A DNA stretch of 64,000 bases from Terracidiphilus sp. (GTDB taxonomy: Bacteria; Acidobacteriota; Terriglobia; Terriglobales; Acidobacteriaceae): NCBI GenBank assembly GCA_050010795.1, contig JBEKKI010000008.1, positions 38,222 through 102,221 on the forward strand, read 5' to 3'. The position numbers and the translations under genes are program-made. Shown here piece after piece: positions 61,946 to 64,000 of this stretch; position 1 is the first letter of the stretch; every line of letters begins with the position of its first letter. The notes under the pieces were generated by a model. It was not told the DNA's origin. It searched no databases and saw only the letters and a program-made list of their open reading frames with translations.

Positions 61946-62105
61946 CGCGCTTTCCGTTCAACTGAGGTTCCGAACGCCGTGGATGGCCCGGCGTCCCGCC
62001 ATCGAAGTTGACCCGTGCCCAGGGTGAGGGCAGTCCGCGGCGTCGAGAGGCCCCTTGCGCCGCGGAAGTGTAGAACTATTGTCTTGCACTTTGCCTTCGC
62101 GCCAA

Positions 62106-62147
62106 TGTGATTTGAATCACGACACTTAGCGGCAGCCTTGCTAGAAT
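62106..62147 (+). promoter_or_regulatory. CRP/FNR-like palindrome plus extended -10 of the ssnA promoter
   Basis: TGTGA-tttgaa-TCACG at 62106-62121; TGcTAGAAT at 62139-62147; ATG at 62155. Confidence 0.62.
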
Positions 62148-62154
62148 CCCCAGC

Positions 62155-63498
62155 ATGGCGGAGTCTGCCAATTTGCTGGTCGGCAACGGCCGCGTCATCA
62201 CCCACGACGACGGCCAGCCCTTCCTCGAGAACGGCTGCATTGCCATCCAGGACGGCCTCATCGCCGCCGTCGGCCCCACCGCCGAAATCGTGCCCGCCAA
62301 TCCCGACGCGCGTTTTCTCGATGCGCAGGGCCGCATCATCATGCCCGGCCTTATCAATGCTCATACGCATCTCTACAGCGCCTTCGCCCGCGGCATGGCG
62401 CTCAAGGATGATGCCCCCGGTAATTTCATGCAGATTCTCGAGCGCCTCTGGTGGCGGCTCGACAAAGCTCTCACCCTCGACGACGTCTACTGGAGCGCCA
62501 TGGCCGGCATGGTCGAGTGCATCCGCAACGGCGTCACCACCGTCTTCGACCACCACTCCAGCCCCCACGCCGTTCGCGTCAGCCTTTTCCGCATCGCCGA
62601 GGCCGCGCGGCAAACCGGCCTCCGCGCCTGTCTCTGCTATGAAGTCTCCGACCGCGACGGCGCAGAGATTGCCACGCAGGGCATCGAGGAGAATCGCGCA
62701 TTCCTCGAGACCTGCATCCGCCGGCCTGAAAGCCTCATCCGCGGCCTCTTCGGCCTGCACGCCTCGTTCACTCTGGGCGACGCGACTCTTGCCCAATGCC
62801 GCGAGGCTGCCGCCGATCTCGGCGCCGGATTCCACGTGCACACCGCGGAAGCTCTTTCAGACGTCGACCATTGCCTCCGCGAGCACAACATAGGAGTAGT
62901 CGAGCGCTGGCGCCAGCGCGGCATCCTCGGCCCGCACACGCTCGCTGCGCATTGTGTCCACGTCAGTGAGCGCGAAATCGATCTCCTGCGCGAGTCAAAA
63001 ACCGCGGTCGTGCACAACCCGCAATCCAACATGGCCAACGCGGTTGGCTGCGCGCCGGTCCTCGAAATGATGCGCCGCGGCACCCGCGTCGGCCTCGGCA
63101 CTGACGGCTACACCGCGGACATGTTCGAGTCTATGAAGGCTGCCTCGCTTCTCCAGAAGCATCACTCCGGCGATCCGCGCGCCGCATGGTCCGAGCCGCC
63201 GCTCATGCTCTTCCGCGAAAACTCGGGCCTAGCGTCGGAACATTTCGGCCAGCCCGTCGGCACGCTCACGCCCGGCGCTGCCGCCGACATCATCCTCGTC
63301 GACTACGACCCGCCCACGCCGATCGACGCCGCCAACCTTTCCGGCCACATCTTTTTTGGCCTGACGGGCCGCGCCGTCTCCACCACCATCGTCGGCGGCC
63401 GCATCCTGATGCACAACCGCAAACTCCTCACCATCGACGAAAGCGAAGTGATGGCCCACGCCCGCGCCGCCGCCGCCGAAGTCTGGAAGCGGTTCTAG
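62155..63498 (+). CDS. ssnA: Amidohydrolase SsnA
   Basis: MPGLINAHTHLYSAFARG, LWWRLDKAL, DHHSS, LCYEVSDRDG, FGLHASFTL, GFHVHTAE, HNPQSNMANAVG, GTDG. Confidence 0.93.
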   Translation: MAESANLLVGNGRVITHDDGQPFLENGCIAIQDGLIAAVGPTAEIVPANPDARFLDAQGRIIMPGLINAHTHLYSAFARGMALKDDAPGNFMQILERLWWRLDKALTLDDVYWSAMAGMVECIRNGVTTVFDHHSSPHAVRVSLFRIAEAARQTGLRACLCYEVSDRDGAEIATQGIEENRAFLETCIRRPESLIRGLFGLHASFTLGDATLAQCREAAADLGAGFHVHTAEALSDVDHCLREHNIGVVERWRQRGILGPHTLAAHCVHVSEREIDLLRESKTAVVHNPQSNMANAVGCAPVLEMMRRGTRVGLGTDGYTADMFESMKAASLLQKHHSGDPRAAWSEPPLMLFRENSGLASEHFGQPVGTLTPGAAADIILVDYDPPTPIDAANLSGHIFFGLTGRAVSTTIVGGRILMHNRKLLTIDESEVMAHARAAAAEVWKRF

Positions 63499-63533
63499 CT
63501 CGCCCTTTTCGCTATTCCCTATTCCCTGTCCCT

Positions 63534-64000
63534 TGTCATCCTGAGCGAGTCGCATGGGTGACGAGCCGAAGGACCTGCATTTGCTTTTCGTTCTTGTTCT
63601 TGCGGCTAGGGTGGGAGTCTGTCCACTGACCCCCTGACCCCTGATCTCTGATCTCTGATCTCTGATCTCTGTACACCTGTCATCCCGAGCGCAGCGGTTT
63701 GGGGCCCCGGATTCGCAACGCGAATATGGGGCAAGCGGAGCCGAAGGACCTGCTTTTGCTTTTCGCTCTTGTTCTTGCGGCTAGGGTGGGAATCTGTCCC
63801 CTGACCCCTGACCTCTGAACTCTGTACACCTGTCATCCCGAGCGTAGCGGTTTGGGGCCCCGGACTCGCAACGCGAATATGGGGCAAGCGGAGCCGAGGG
63901 ACCTGCATTTGCTTTTCGTTCTTGTTCTTGCGGCTAGGGTGGGAATCTGTCTACTGACCCCTGACCCCTGATATCTGATCTCTGTACACCTGTCATCCCG
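63534..64000. repeat. Tandem array of composite 144-160 bp units, continuing past the window end
   Basis: Units start with tgtcatcc at 63534, 63678, 63831 and 63991. Shared blocks: gagccgaaggacctgc, ttgcttttcg(t/c)tcttgttcttgcggctagggtggga, ctgacccctg and (ctgatct)n. Confidence 0.92.

Noticed and set aside
61946-62154. Sigma-54 promoter, as in the YgeV-controlled E. coli locus
   Set aside because: The TGGCGCG candidate on the minus strand lacks TTGC at the required spacing.
52199-63498. Selenocysteine (UGA) recoding in the Se-associated cluster
   Set aside because: All ORFs appear full length with no in-frame TGA. This Xdh class uses labile cofactor selenium rather than Sec.
63534-64000. 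Possible CRISPR array, and the 100-aa ORF at 63606-63908
   Set aside because: Whole units are repeated with no unique spacers and no cas genes are in view. The ORF merely translates the repeat.

Overview
64 kb of a high-GC bacterial chromosome, most likely Acidobacteriota (Terriglobia-like), judged from gene content and the intergenic repeat families. About 52 kb is housekeeping and envelope genes: nadE, dsbA-like, an orphan secretin, cvpA/purC, tonB, tdk, smc, katG, SRP RNA, fabH, hpf, PAS-GGDEF-EAL, rapZ, recQ, two cyclophilins, DUF1501/DUF1800, an ECF sigma/ZAS anti-sigma pair, slt, and mdtABC with an outer-membrane factor. The most notable region is 52.1-63.5 kb. It is a divergent cluster related to the anaerobic urate/purine-degradation cluster (ygeW, ygeY, carbamate kinase, ssnA, Se-dependent-type xanthine dehydrogenase). 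The usual ygeX/dpaL, ygfK and hyuA/hydA genes are absent from the window. In their place are two unassigned fold-type-II PLP enzymes, a PreA-like FMN/4Fe-4S protein without the usual catalytic loop, and a 32-codon remnant of a deleted amidohydrolase. A CRP/FNR-like palindrome lies at -41.5 from an apparently leaderless ssnA start. Also present: a truncated TMEM175 remnant, a probably inactive alpha/beta hydrolase, a degenerate EAL domain, two unexplained structured intergenic regions, oriented 7-9-mer repeats just after stop codons, REP-like palindromes, and a ~150-bp tandem array running off the right end. No CRISPR array, tRNA, rRNA, phage or transposase gene was seen. All assignments are by eye from motifs; no searches were run.
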